Assembly: GCA_051530055.1 (NCBI GenBank)
Contig: CM121342.1
Coordinates: 5,207,489-5,271,488, forward strand
DNA length: 64,000 nucleotides
Reading direction: 5' to 3'
DNA from: Neoechinorhynchus agilis
Lineage: Eukaryota > Animalia > Acanthocephala
Below the pieces are notes generated by a model, which was not told where the DNA came from, searched no databases, and was given only the letters and a program-made list of their open reading frames with translations. Shown piece after piece: positions 14,701 to 27,366 of this stretch. The translations under genes were made by a program, and so were the position numbers. Position 1 is the first letter of the stretch. Each line of letters opens with the position of its first letter.

Positions 14701-17700
14701 ACCTGACAAAACGGTGCAATCAGAAGATCTGGTGCAACCTGACAAAACGGTACAATTAGAAGATCTGGTGCAACCCGACAACACGGTACAATCAGAAGAT
14801 CTGGTGCAACCTGAAAAACGGTCCAATCAGAAGATCTGGTGCAACCCGACAAAACGGTACAATCAGAAGATCTGGTGCAACCCGACAAAACGGTGCAATC
14901 AGAAGATCTGTTGCAACCTGACAAAACGGTGCAATCAGAAGATCTGGTGCAACCTGTCAAAACGGTGCAATCAGAAGATCTGGTGCAACCCGAAAAAAGG
15001 GTACAATTAGAAGATCTGTTGCAACCCGACAACACGGTACAATCAGAAGATCTGTTGCGACCTTACAAAACGGTGCAATAAGAAGATCTGTTGCAACCCG
15101 ACAAAACGGTACAATCAGAAGATCTGTTGCAACCTGACAAAACGGTACAATCAGAAGATCTGGTGCAACCTGACAAAACGGTGCAATCAGAAGATCTGTT
15201 GCAACCCGACAAAACGGTGCAATCAGAAGATCTGGTGCAACCTGACAACACGGTACAATCTGCAGATTTGTTGCAACCCGACAAAACGGTGCAATCAGAA
15301 GATCTGGTGCAACCCGACAACACGGTACAATTAGAAGATCTGGTGCAACCCGAAAAAACGGTGCAATAAGAAGATCTGTTGCAACCCGACAACACGGTAC
15401 AATCAGAAAATCTGGTGCAACCTGACAAAACGGTACAATCTGCAGATTTGTTGCAACCCGACAAAACGGTGCAATCAGAAGATCTGGTGCAACCCGACAA
15501 CACGGTACAATTAGAAGATCTGGTGCAACCCGAAAAAACGGTGCAATAAGAAGATCTGTTGCAACCCGACAACACGGTACAATCAGAAGATCTGGTGCAA
15601 CCTGACAAAACGGTACAATCTGAAGATCTGTTGCAACCCGACAAAACGGTGCAATCAGAAGATCTGGTGCAACCCGACAACACGGTACAATTAGAAGATC
15701 TGGTGCAACCCGACAAAACGGTGCAATAAGAAGATCTGTTGCAACCCGACAACACGGTACAATCAGAAGATCTGGTGCAACCTGACAAAACGGTACAATC
15801 TGAAGATCTGTTGCAACCCGACAAAACGGTGCAATCAGAAGATCTGGTGCAACCCGACAACACGGTACAATCAGAAGATCTGGTGCAACCTGACAAAACG
15901 GTGCAATCAGAAGATCTGTGCAACCGACAAAACGGTGCAATCAGAAGATCTGTTGCAACCTGACAAAACGGTGCAATCAGAAGATCTGTTGCAACCCGAC
16001 AAAACGGTGCAATAGAAGATCTGTGCAACCTGCAACCCGACAACACGGTACAATCAGAAGATTGGTGCAACCGACAAACGGTACAATTAGAAGATCTGGT
16101 GCAACCCGACAAAACGGTGCAATAAGAAGATCTGTTGCAACCTGACAAAACGGTGCAATCAGAAGATCTGGTGCAACCCGACAAAACGGTACAATCAGAA
16201 GATCTGTTGCAACCCGACAACACGGTACAATCAGAAGATCTGGTGCAACCCGACAAAACGGTACAATTAGAAGATCTGGTGCAACCCGACAAAACGGTGC
16301 AATCAGAAGATCTGTTGCAACCTGACAAAACGGTGCAATCAGAAGATCTGGTGCAACCTGACAAAACGGTGCAATCAGAAGATCTGGTGCAACCTGACAA
16401 AACGGTACAATCAGAAGATCTGGTGCAACCCGACAAAACGGTACAATTAGAAGATCTGGTGCAACCCGACAACACGGTACAATCAGAAGATCTGGTGCAA
16501 CCTGACAAAACGGTGCAATCAGAAGATCTGGTGCAACCTGACAAAACGGTGCAATCAGAAGATCTGGTGCAACCCGACAAAACGGTACAATCAGAAGATC
16601 TGTGCAACCCGACAACACGGTACAATCAGAAGATTGTGCAACCGACAAAACGGTAAATAGAAGATCTGGTGCAACCCGACAAAACGGTGCAATAAGAAGA
16701 TCTGTTGCAACCTGACAAAACGGTGCAATCAGAAGATCTGGTGCAACCTGACAAAACGGTGCAATCAGAAGATCTGGTGCAACCCGAAAAAAGGGTACAA
16801 TTAGAAGATCTGTTACAACCCGACAACACGGTACAATCAGAAGATCTGTTGCGACCTTACAAAACGGTGCAATAAGAAGATCTGTTGCAACCCGACAAAA
16901 CGGTACAATCAGAAGATCTGTTGCAACCTGACAAAACGGTTCAATCAGAAGATCTGGTGCAACCTGACAACACGGTACAATCAGAAGATATGTTGCAACC
17001 CGACAAAGCGGTGCAATAAGAAGATCTGGTGCAACCCGACAACACGGTACAATCTGAAGATCTGTTGCAACCCGACCACACGGTACAATCAGAAGATCTG
17101 TTGCATCCCGACAAAAGGGTGCAATCTGAAGATCTGTTGCAACCTGACAAAACGGTGCAATCAGAAGATCTGGTGCAACCTGACAAAGCGGTGCAATCAG
17201 AAGATCTGTTGCAACCCGACAAAACGGTGCAATCTGAAGATCTGTTGCAACCCGACAAAACGGTGCAATCTGAAGATCTGTTGCAACCTGACAAAACGGT
17301 GCAATCAGAAGATCTGGTGCAACCCGACAACACGGTACAATTAGAAGATCTGGTGCAACCTGAAAAACGGTGCAATCAGAAGATCTGGTGCAACCCGACA
17401 ACACGGTACAATCAGAAGATATGTTGCAACGCGACAAAGCGGTGCAATAAGAAGATCTGTTGCAACCTGACAAAACGGTGCAATCTGAAGATCTGGTGCA
17501 ACTCGACAACACGGTACAATCAGAAGATCTGGTGCAACCCGACAACACGGTACAATCTGAAGATCTGTTGCAACCCGACCACACGGTACAATCAGAAGAT
17601 CTGTTGCAACCCGACAAAACGGTGCAATCTGAATATCTTTTGCAACCTGACAACACGGTACAATCAGAAGATCTGTTGCAACCCGACAAAGCGGTGCAAT

Positions 17701-20700
17701 CTGAAGATCTGGTGCAACCCGACAACGCGATGCAATCGGAAGATCTGGTGCAACCCGAAAACACGGTACAATTAGAAAATCTGTTGCAACCTGACAAAGC
17801 GGTGCAATCAGAAGATCTGTTGCAACCTGACAAAACGGTGCAATCAGAAGATCTGGTACAACCTGACAAAGCGGTGCAATCAGAAGATCTGTATCAATCC
17901 GACAAAACGGTGCAATCTGAAGATCTGTTGCAACCTGACAAAGCGGTGCAATCAGAAGATCTGTTGCAACCTGACAAAACGGTGCAATCAGAAGATCTGT
18001 TGCAACCTGACAAAACGGTGCAATCAGAAGATCTGGTGCAACCTGACAAAGCGGTGCAATCAGAAGATCTGTATCAATCCGACAAAACGGTGCAATCAGA
18101 AGATCTGTTGCAACCTGACAAAACGGTGCAATCAGAAGATCTGTTGCAACCTGACAAAACGGTGCAATAAGAAGATCTGTTGCAACCTTACAAAACGGTG
18201 CAATCAGAAGATCTGGTTCAACCCGACAAAGCGGTGCAATAAGAAGATCTGTTGAAAGCTGACAAAACGGTGCAATCAGAAGATCTGGTGCAACCTGACA
18301 AAGCGGTGCAATCAGAAGATCTGTATCAATCCGACAAAACGGTGCAATCTGAAGATCTGTTGCAACCCGACAAAGCGGTGCAATCTGAAGATCTGTTGCA
18401 ACCTGACAAAGCGGTGCAATCAGAAGATCTGTTGCAACCTGACAAAACGGTGCAATCAGAAGATCTGGTGCAACCTGACAAAGCGGTGCAATCAGAAGAT
18501 CTGTATCAATCCGACAAAACGGTGCAATCAGAAGATCTGTTGCAACCTGACAAAACGGTGCAATCAGAAGATCTGTTGCAACCTGACAAAACGGTGCAAT
18601 AAGAAGATCTGTTGCAACCTTACAAAACGGTGCAATCAGAAGATCTGGTGCAACCCGACAAAACGGTGCAATAAGAAGATCTGTTGCAACCTGACAAAAC
18701 AGTGCAATCAGAAGATCTGGTGCAACCTGGCAAAACGGTGCAATCAGAAGATCTGGTGCAACCCGACAACACGGTACAATCAGAAGATATGTTGCAACCC
18801 GACAAAGCGGTGCAATCTGAAGATCTGTTGCAACCTGACAAAGCGGTGCAATCAGAATATCTGTTGCAACCTGACAAAACGGTGCAATCAGAAGATCTGG
18901 TGCAACCCGACAAAACGGTGCAATCTGAAGATCTGTTACAACCTGACAAAACGGTGCAATCAGAAGATCTGGTGCAACCTGACAACACGGTACAATCAGA
19001 AGATCTGGTGCAACCCGACAACACGGTACAATTAGAAGATCTGGTGCAACCTGAAAAACGGTGCAATCAGAAGATCTGGTGCAACCCGACAAAACGGTGC
19101 AATAAGAAGATCTGTTGCAACCTGACAAAACGGTGCAATCAGAAGATCTGGTGCAACCTGACAAAACGGTGCAATCAGAAGATCTGGTGCAACCCGACAA
19201 AGGTAATTGAAGATCTGATGCAACCCGACAACACGGTACAATCAGAAGATATGGTGCAACCTGACAAAACGGTAGAATTAGAAGATCTGGTGCAACCCGA
19301 CAAAACGGTGCAATAAGAAGATCTGTTGCAACCCGACAAAACGGTGCAATCAGAAGATCTGTTGCAACCCGACAAAACAGTGCAATCAGAAGATCTGTTG
19401 CAACCTAACAAAACGGTGCAATCAGAAGATCTGTTGCAACCCGACAACACGGTACAATCAGAAGATCTGTTGCAACCCGACAAAACGGTGCAATCTGAAT
19501 ATCTGGTGCAACCTGACAACACGGTACAATCAGGAGATCTGTTGCAACCCGACAAAACAGTGCAATCAGAAGATCTGTTGCAACCTGACAAAACGGTGCA
19601 ATCAGAAGATCTGTTGCAACCCGACAACACGGTACAATTAGAAGATCTGTTGCAACCCGACAACACGGTGCAATCTGAAGATCTGTTGCAACCTGACAAA
19701 ACGGTGCAATCTGAAGATCTGGTGCAACCTGACAACACGGTACAATCAGAAGATCTGTTGCAACCCGACAAAACGGCACAATAAGTAAATCTTGTGCAAC
19801 CCGACAACACGGTACAATCAGAAGATCTGTTGCAACCTGACAAAACGGTGCAATCTGAAGATCTGGTGCAACCCGACAACAGGGTACAATCAGAAGATCT
19901 GTTGCAACCTGACAAAACGGTGCAAACTGAAGATCTGTTGCAACCTGACAAAAAACGGTGCAATCTGAAGATCTGTTGCAACCTGACAAAAAACGGTGCA
20001 ATCTGAAGATCTGTTGCAACCTAACAAAACGGTGCAATCAGAAGATCTGTTGCAACCCGACAACACGGTACAATTAGAAGATCTGTTGCAACCTGACAAA
20101 ACGGTGCAATCAGAAGATCTGTTGCAACCCGACAAAACGGTGCAATCAGAAGATCTGAGGCAACCTGACAACACGGTGCAATCAGAAGATCTGTTGCAAC
20201 CCGACAAAACGGTGCAATCAGAAGATCTGATGCAACCTGACAAAACGGTGCAATCTGAAGATCTGGTGCAACCCGACAACACGGTACTATCAGAAGATCT
20301 GTTACAACTTAACAAAACGGCGCAATCAGAAGATCTGGTGCAACCGGACAACACGGTACAATCAGAAGGTCTGTTGCAACCTGACAAAACGGTGCAATCA
20401 GAAGATCTGTTGCAACCCGACAAAACGGTGCAATCAGAAGATCTGATGCAACCTGACAACACGGTGCAATCAGAAGATCTGTTGCAACCCGACAAAACGG
20501 TGCAATCAGAAGATCTGATGCAACCTGACAAAACGGTGCAATCAGAAGATCTGGTGCAACCCGACAACACGGTACAATCAGAAGATCTGTTGCAACTGAC
20601 AAAACGGGCAATCAGAAGATCTGGTGCAACCGGACAACACGGTACAATCAGAAGATCTGTTGCAACCTGACAAAACGGTGCAATCAGAAGATCTGGTGCA

Positions 20701-21783
20701 ACCCGACACGGTACAATCAGAAGATCTGGTGCAACCTGACAACACGGTACAATCAGAAGATCTGGTGCAACCCGACAAAACGGTGCAATCAGAAGATCTG
20801 GTGCAACCTGACAACACGGTACAATCAGAAGATCTGTTGCAACCCGACAACAGGTACAATCAGAAGATCTGGTGCAACCCGACAACACGGTACAATTAGA
20901 AGATCTGGTGCAACCCGACAAAACGATGCAATCAGAAGATATGGTGCAACCTAACAACACGGTACAATCAGAAGATCTGTTGCAACCCGACAAAACGGTG
21001 CAATCAGAAGATCTGAGGCAACCTGACAACACAGTACAATCAGAAGATCTGTTGCAACCCGACAAAACGGTGCAATCTGAAGATCTGGTGCAACCCGACA
21101 ACACGGTACAATCAGAAGATCTGGTGCAACCTGACAACACGGTACAATCAGAAGATCTGGTGCAACCCGACAAAACGGTGCAATCAGAAGATCTGGTGCA
21201 ACCTGACAACACGGTGCAATCAGAAGATCTGAGGCAACCTGACAACACGGTGCAATCAGAAGATCTGTTGCAACCCGACAACACGGTACAATTAGAAGAT
21301 CTGGTGCAACCCGACAACACGGTACAATTAGAAGATCTGGTGCAACCCGACAAAACGGTGCAATCAGAAGATCTGGTGCAACCCGACAAAACGGTACAAT
21401 CAGAAGATCTGTTGCAACCTGACAAAACGGTGCTATCAGAAGATCTGGTGCAACCTGACAAAACGGTGCAATCAGAAGATCTGGTGCAACCCGACAAAAC
21501 GGTACAATTAGAAGATCTGGTGCAACCCGACAAAACGGTACAATAAGAGGATCTGGTGCAACCCGACAAAACGGTGCAATTAGAAGATCTGTTGCAACCT
21601 GACAAAACGGTGCTATCAGAAGATCTGTTGGTACCCGACAAAACGGTGCAATCAGAAGATCTGAGGCAACCTGACAACACTGTGCAATCAGAAGATCTGT
21701 TGCAACCCGACAAAACGGTGCAATCTGAATATCTGGTGCAACCTGACAACACGGTACAATTAGAAGATCTGGTGCAACCTGAG
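11749..21783. repeat. 36-bp minisatellite (caacctgacaaaacggtgcaatcagaagatctgttg), about 280 copies, with nested kb-scale duplications
   Basis: Translates as QPDKTVQSEDLL on + and SGC[NT]RSSDCTVL on -, both with a 12-aa period; contains AGATCT and TTGCAA palindromes. Confidence 0.97.
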
Positions 21784-21982
21784 AAAGCCGATCATTTCCT
21801 TTCCCGGCTGGGAAGGATGCTGAAATATGCCGCCGACGACATGCGTTTCAACAGCCAGCGCGAATAAGGCGGGTGCTTTATTAAGAAAATTATGGGATCA
21901 TGTCCTCATGCCAGACTAAAAACGGACGTAAACCGATTTATTCGCGGAAAACCCTATCTCGGAGGAGGAAAACATTAATCGT

Positions 21983-22816
21983 TTACTTAAATATGTCGTC
22001 AACAAGTATTTTGGTGACAGCTTCATCCTCTGTCTGGAATAACTGTTGTTTCTTTGTGATTCTAGCAATTTTTTCTAACGCCTTTTCGGATTTGGAAGGT
22101 CGTCGTTTCCTCATGGTCGCTCTTATCTGATTGGGGCTAGCGAATTGAGCGCTTCTATAAAGCACCGCTCCACCGAAAATTCCATCAAAAATGATGATTG
22201 ATTGAAGACAAAACCTCGGTCCTATTTCAGAAACAACTCCATTTTCGTCAATCTGGTAATTTCTGAACGCAATCCAGTTTCCTCCTTCTACTATGAGTTT
22301 GAAAGTAATGGAATGATCGAAAAATGGCTGACTGTGGGGATGAAATGCGGGTGTTGAGAAGACTCGAGTGAGAATTTCTTTAAGAAGTATTGTTTGTGGT
22401 CCACCTTCTTCAAAATGGGAGTCAAAGCAAATTATTGGGCGACTTGATTTCAAGCAGTTTCCTGTGAGTCTCAATTCTTGCATCGTGTGAATATTCTGAA
22501 CGAGAAATTTTACGGTTGGTCCTTTTGGGTAGATACACATCCACATGTAAAGGTCTTGCTTTTTCCTCATTTCGAAATACATGATTCCGGTTGTGTTTGA
22601 CCGCGAATCAGCCAGGCTCTTCATTGTATTTGAAAGATTCCGTTTAGTATCTAATTTGGGCTCCGCGATGGCATGCGGCATCATACGGAGGAGATTAAGG
22701 GACAAATGGCGGCCAATGTAGGATATTTTACGAGAACACACCACTAAAATCTTCTGACGATTTACGTAATCCGATGAAATGCAGCGTACCATTACCCCAG
22801 TGTCCGATTTTGACAT
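21983..22816 (-). CDS. BRX1: Ribosome biogenesis protein BRX1 (Brix domain), single exon, 277 aa
   Basis: NRQKILVVCSRKISYIGRHL...MMPH...EPKLD, FEMRKKQDLYMW, GPTVKFLVQNIHTMQELRLTGNCLKSSRPIICFDSHF, FSTPAFHPHSQPFFDH, EIGPRFCL. Confidence 0.95.
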   Translation of the reverse strand: MSKSDTGVMVRCISSDYVNRQKILVVCSRKISYIGRHLSLNLLRMMPHAIAEPKLDTKRNLSNTMKSLADSRSNTTGIMYFEMRKKQDLYMWMCIYPKGPTVKFLVQNIHTMQELRLTGNCLKSSRPIICFDSHFEEGGPQTILLKEILTRVFSTPAFHPHSQPFFDHSITFKLIVEGGNWIAFRNYQIDENGVVSEIGPRFCLQSIIIFDGIFGGAVLYRSAQFASPNQIRATMRKRRPSKSEKALEKIARITKKQQLFQTEDEAVTKILVDDIFK

Positions 22817-22929
22817 TTTTGTATCAGTGGTGAGACGGATTTGAAAGGGCAGTGAATTTCTTTCGGTTCTCTTTTACACACAAAAAACCTAAGTTGTGTT
22901 GGCCGAATTTTCACAAACACCAAATTGAC

Positions 22930-25441
22930 GGGCCCGGCTGAAAAAGGAGGTGTGGGGGTTGGCGTCAGGAAGGGCATCTGGCTGTAAAATTCTTGCCAAA
23001 TTTTGATCCAAATGAAAACCAGCAACCGGAACAACCAAAAGGCGTCCCCTATATGCGACGCGCAAATTCTTCGTCCGGAGCTTGTGTTAAATCATCAAGA
23101 GCCGCCGAGACATGGACGGTTTCGGCTAAAGAAATTATTCTACACAACTGACGTAAGAATAGCAACGCTAAATGTGGGATCGATGACGGGAACGAGTCGG
23201 AAAATAGTTGATATGATGAGAAGGATCGGCATACTGGGAGTGCAGGAAACCAGGTGGAAAGGAGCGAAAACCCATGAACTAGGCGATGGTTATAAAATAA
23301 TCTATAGTGACGAGCCAAATGGCAGGAATGGGGTGGGGGTCATCATGGAAAAAAGACTAGTCGATTGCGTTTTGGAAGTGATCAGAACAAATGGTAGGAT
23401 CATATCGGTGCGATTCGATTTAGGAGAAGAGGATAATACCATAATATCGGCCTATGCCCCGCAAATCGCATGTACAGAGGAAGAGAAACAACCATTTTGG
23501 CAAAGCTTATCGGATACTTTTGCGAACTCGAAGAGCATTCGCTATGCGATTACAGGAGACTTCAATGGACATGTTGGAAATAGAAACGGTTACGAGCGAA
23601 TGCATGGTGGGCAAAGCATTGGTGAACGAAACGCCGAAGGTGAAAAGCTTCTCGACTTGGCTGTTTCAAGAGTACTGCGACTGGCGAACATGTTTTTCAA
23701 AAAAGAGGATAGGCATATTACTACCTATTCGAGCGGTGGAAAATCTAGTCAAATTGATTTCATCCTTTAACCGATATTACGACGGGGCGAAATAAAGAAC
23801 GTCAAAACGATTCTCGGAGAAGATTGCGTACCACAACACCGAGTAGTAGCAGCAGACTTGACGATCAGAACAAAGAGGAAACGGTATGCCCGGAAAATGA
23901 ACAATCGAATCAGGTGGTGGTTGCTAAAGGATACTGAGCTTTGAAAACGAGTTGGTGAATCGCTAATAGGTAAGCTGGAAATGGAAGTTGACGACTCAGA
24001 TGTATGGTGGAATGAATCATCACAACTAATTCTGGAGGAAAAAGTAGACATTCTTGGGCAGACATCAGGCAGACCGCCTCCATCAGGTAAAGAGAAGTGG
24101 CGGTGGAACCCAAGGGTAAAAGAAGCGATACAGCGAAAGCGGGACGAACAGTTGCATCTCATTAGGATTTCAAACAGGGAAAGAAAAATGCGAGAAGGGA
24201 ATGCGAGAACTATGATGCACTAGAAAAAGGCAATGAGAGTGGAAAGATCTTCAAGATCGCACAAATTCGCGACAAGAAGTCAAAGGATATTTCCAGTATC
24301 AAAATGATCAAGGATTCGTCGGAAGTACCTTGTCAAACGAAAACGAGGTTCTTCGAAGATGGCGAGAGTATTTCGATAAACTCCTGAATACAGAGAATCC
24401 GCGACAACCCAACGAAGAGGCACCACCATGCGCGAATGCAGTGCGACCGTTCTCCTACAACGAAGTTGCGAGACAGCTTAGATGCATGAAATTCTACACT
24501 TCGCCAAGCCGCTATAGAGTGCATTTGTGGATCTCGAGGAAGCTTATGATACAGTGCCGGGAGACCTAACATGGGCGTGCCTCAGAAAGAAGAACTGTTC
24601 CGAGGAATTCATGAGAGCAATCCAGATCATGTACGAAGGATCCTGCACTTGTATCAAATGCAGTGTGAGAGAGGCAAACTATTTTGTGGTTACAGTTGGA
24701 TTGCATCCGGGATCAGCCATAGTCCGTCCTAAGTCGCCCGGAAGCCTCCATGGACATTATTGTTCGCGGATGACTTGATTGTGGCAGCTAAAACACGTGA
24801 AGAGGCTCAGCGAAGTCTGGAAGAACGGTCTTAAGGTAAACAGATTGAAGACGATATACATGGGACCGGAAGCGCTAAAGTTAGAAGGTGTGGATTTGAC
24901 GATGAGAGGAGCAGTGAAATATCTAGGCAGCGAAGTAAATATGACAAATTCGCTCGAACCCGAAATAACGGCTCGTATACAAAGCGAGTGGCTCAACTGA
25001 AGGAAGATGTCTGATCTCACCGAAACTGAAAGGGCTGGTGTTCGAGACCGTGATGCGACCAGCCATATTATATGGCGCAGAAACTTGGACGACCAAGCAA
25101 AACGCCTTCAGAAGATTAGAAACGAACGAGATGAGGATGCTGAGATGGGCAGCGGGGTAAACTCTCAAGGGTAAGAAAAGAAATGTGGACATCAGGGAGC
25201 TTTTCGGCACTTGCCGCTGTTCAGAGTTGATCGTCCAAAGAAGGTTGCGCTGGCACGATAAAGTTTCGCAGTGCGAAGCCCATCACACATTGTGCAGCAC
25301 GGAGAAACTGGAAATAACGGGAAATCGCCGATGAGGAAGGCCGAGGAAACGATGGGCGGATTGAATCAAACAGGATAAATTGGTTGTCGAGGGAACCGCA
25401 ACCTCTCGAGAGAGAGAAAATTGCGTGAGTGAGAAGAAGAA
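22930..25441 (+). mobile_element. Decayed RTE-clade non-LTR retrotransposon (APE endonuclease + RT, with frameshifts and stops)
   Basis: APE motifs ATLNVGSM, LGVQETRWKG, SAYAPQ, GDFNGHVG, SQIDFIL (23003-23770). RT remnants DLEEAYDTVP, GLHPGSA, LLFADDL, YLGS, ILYGAETW. 3' end gagaagaagaa at about 25431-25441. The 5' boundary is approximate. Confidence 0.9.
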
Positions 25442-25967
25442 TACCAATGAAATCTCGGGCTATGTGGTTATATCGAGCAATTGTCCAAGTTGTTAAAAAA
25501 ACCCTTTATATCAATCGTTCTATGGTAGAAAATTGGGTATAATGAAGGGTATAGATGATGAGCTATTTAATAATGGTAAAGGGCTAGTCTCCAGAAAACA
25601 TAGGAAGTCCCAGGACGCTAGTGAACTAGCTTGTAAAAGATGTAATGGCATACGATATGCTCTCGAGGTATTATACTTTGAGAAATCGAAATTGGGAGTC
25701 TTATTATTCATCGAAAAGGGATGCTATTTGTTGAACATTCATGAAGCCAGACTAGTCAATAGTCTCTAGCCTCCATTCCAAGACAAAATCTTTTGTCCCA
25801 GTCAAAACTAAGGCAAGAAATGTCTTGTAGAACCCGGTGAGGGATAGCGCTTTAGACTATGAGTGAGGACTCGAACTACGGGGTTTTCGAACCTTCAGCG
25901 TGTCAAGCACAAATTTTATCAACTAATTATAAAAGTATTGAGGGGATTGCATTCGGGTGGTAGGATC

Positions 25968-26108
25968 TGCTGTCATTTAGGTCGCTTGTTGACACCCGAG
26001 GGATAGCGTTAAAGAGAAGAACTGATTGAATCAGAATCATTTTATCAATTCAATTATTCGTCTTTAGCGATCTCCCTAGGGTGTCGACAAGCGACCTAAA
26101 TAACAGCA
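25968..26108. mobile_element. 141-bp imperfect palindrome, MITE/foldback-like
   Basis: Left arm tgctgtcatttaggtcgcttgttgacacccgagggatagcgttaaaga is about 80% reverse-complementary to right arm tctttagcgatctccctagggtgtcgacaagcgacctaaataacagca. Confidence 0.6.
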
Positions 26109-26399
26109 TAATTCTAAAAGTCTTATCATACATCTGATTGGATAAATGAATCTGTCAATTGATTTTGGAGTGGATTACGAGTCCGTTCGTTTGAGAATAT
26201 CCGGTCGGGTTGGAAGGTCCGTTCTGGCGAGAATTAGTGGTTATTGTTTTCAGGAGAGCACAGCGCGGTTAAGTCTTTCCTCGGGTTCATTTCAAGTTCT
26301 AATATCCGAGAGAAGATTGGGCAGTATGGAAAAAGGAGCGCAGTTATAGGGATGTGCGAGTTTGTGGGAGGATGAAACGAATCGGTATTACGAGTGTTA

Positions 26400-26768
26400 T
26401 GCTCGTGTAGAGGGGAATAAAATGTAGCAAAAGTTGTGTTGGTGGTAGGGTTCAGATGCGTTTTTATTGTTTTATGAAAATATCATCAAGGCATTCGGTG
26501 AGAGGAGGAAAGTCATCTGTGCAAATTTTAGATGTTCTTTTATGAAACATTTCAAGACGACGATTTGCAATTTTGATAGGTTGCAAAAAACGGGATAACC
26601 GTAGGTGAGGGATGGTAAAATAAAGCAGAATTAAAATTTGTAGAGACCGGGTGAAGGGATTCCTAAAAAAATTTATAGCGAATTATAATAATTGATTGAT
26701 TTATTTGATAATTTTCGGCCAGACTGAAGAAGGCCTACGCGAAAATCAATTATTATGATTCGCTATAA
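26400..26768 (+). mobile_element. Probable decayed Penelope-like 3' remnant (degenerate GIY-YIG-like text followed by a scrambled hammerhead inside a hairpin)
   Basis: Translation remnants IKCSKSCVG...RF...RH...QILD...RRR-FAILI. gactgaagaaggcctacg (26722-26739) and atttgataattttcggcc match the array hammerhead halves in opposite orientations. Confidence 0.4.
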
Positions 26769-27111
26769 AAAGTAAATGATGAACATCTTTACAAGGATTT
26801 CTAAATGTTAGAGGCGTTTTAGGAGATAAATGTTAAAGGTGTTGTGCTTGAGAGAGTGATGTGCGAGTTCCATTTCTAATTTAATTGAAACTGGAGACCC
26901 AGAATTCTTAGGGAGGTGACTCGTAGGATATTAGGGAGATGATTCGTAGGATGTCAAGGGAGGTGACTCTCAATGTATGTTATTCCTAGAGAAAAATTCT
27001 GATCACGCCATTCAATTGCTTAAAATTGATAATTTCACAAAAGGAGACACTCACGTTTTAATAATATGTAATGTATACATTTCACCACGAAGAGCGGGTT
27101 ATTTTCTAAAG

Positions 27112-27211
27112 TGTCATGTTTTATTCGATGTAGCGCGCGCACCCCACACACGTTCACAACCTATGTTCACATGCACTACGTATATGATTCTTTCGGGGAT
27201 AACTCTTGACA
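27112..27211 (-). mobile_element. Solo LTR (100 bp, TGTCA...TGACA) flanked by the 5-bp TSD TAAAG
   Basis: taaag at 27107-27111 and 27212-27216; identical to the LTR at 32006-32105. Confidence 0.92.
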
Positions 27212-27366
27212 TAAAGTATTGTACACATTGGCTGAGAGCTTGGGTTCCAGACGCTATTATCGATGACTTTAATTCCAACCCTTTGTCCAATTACTAGGAT
27301 TTTAGCGAGGATTATGATATAATTTTGCATCGGTAACCTCCTTACCACCACGTTTCGAGGAAAACG

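Noticed and set aside
6184-21783. CRISPR-like appearance of the short palindromic repeats
   Set aside because: No unique spacers and no cas genes; the context is eukaryotic.
11773-21867. TAA read as Gln to rescue the + strand QPDKTVQSEDLL frame
   Set aside because: BRX1, UBXN1 and TBCB end at TAA in expected positions, so the code is standard.
22925-23000. Possible HDV-like ribozyme at the RTE 5' end (ggcgtcaggaagggcatctggctgtaaaa)
   Set aside because: RTE elements can carry one, but I could not fit the nested double-pseudoknot pairing by eye.
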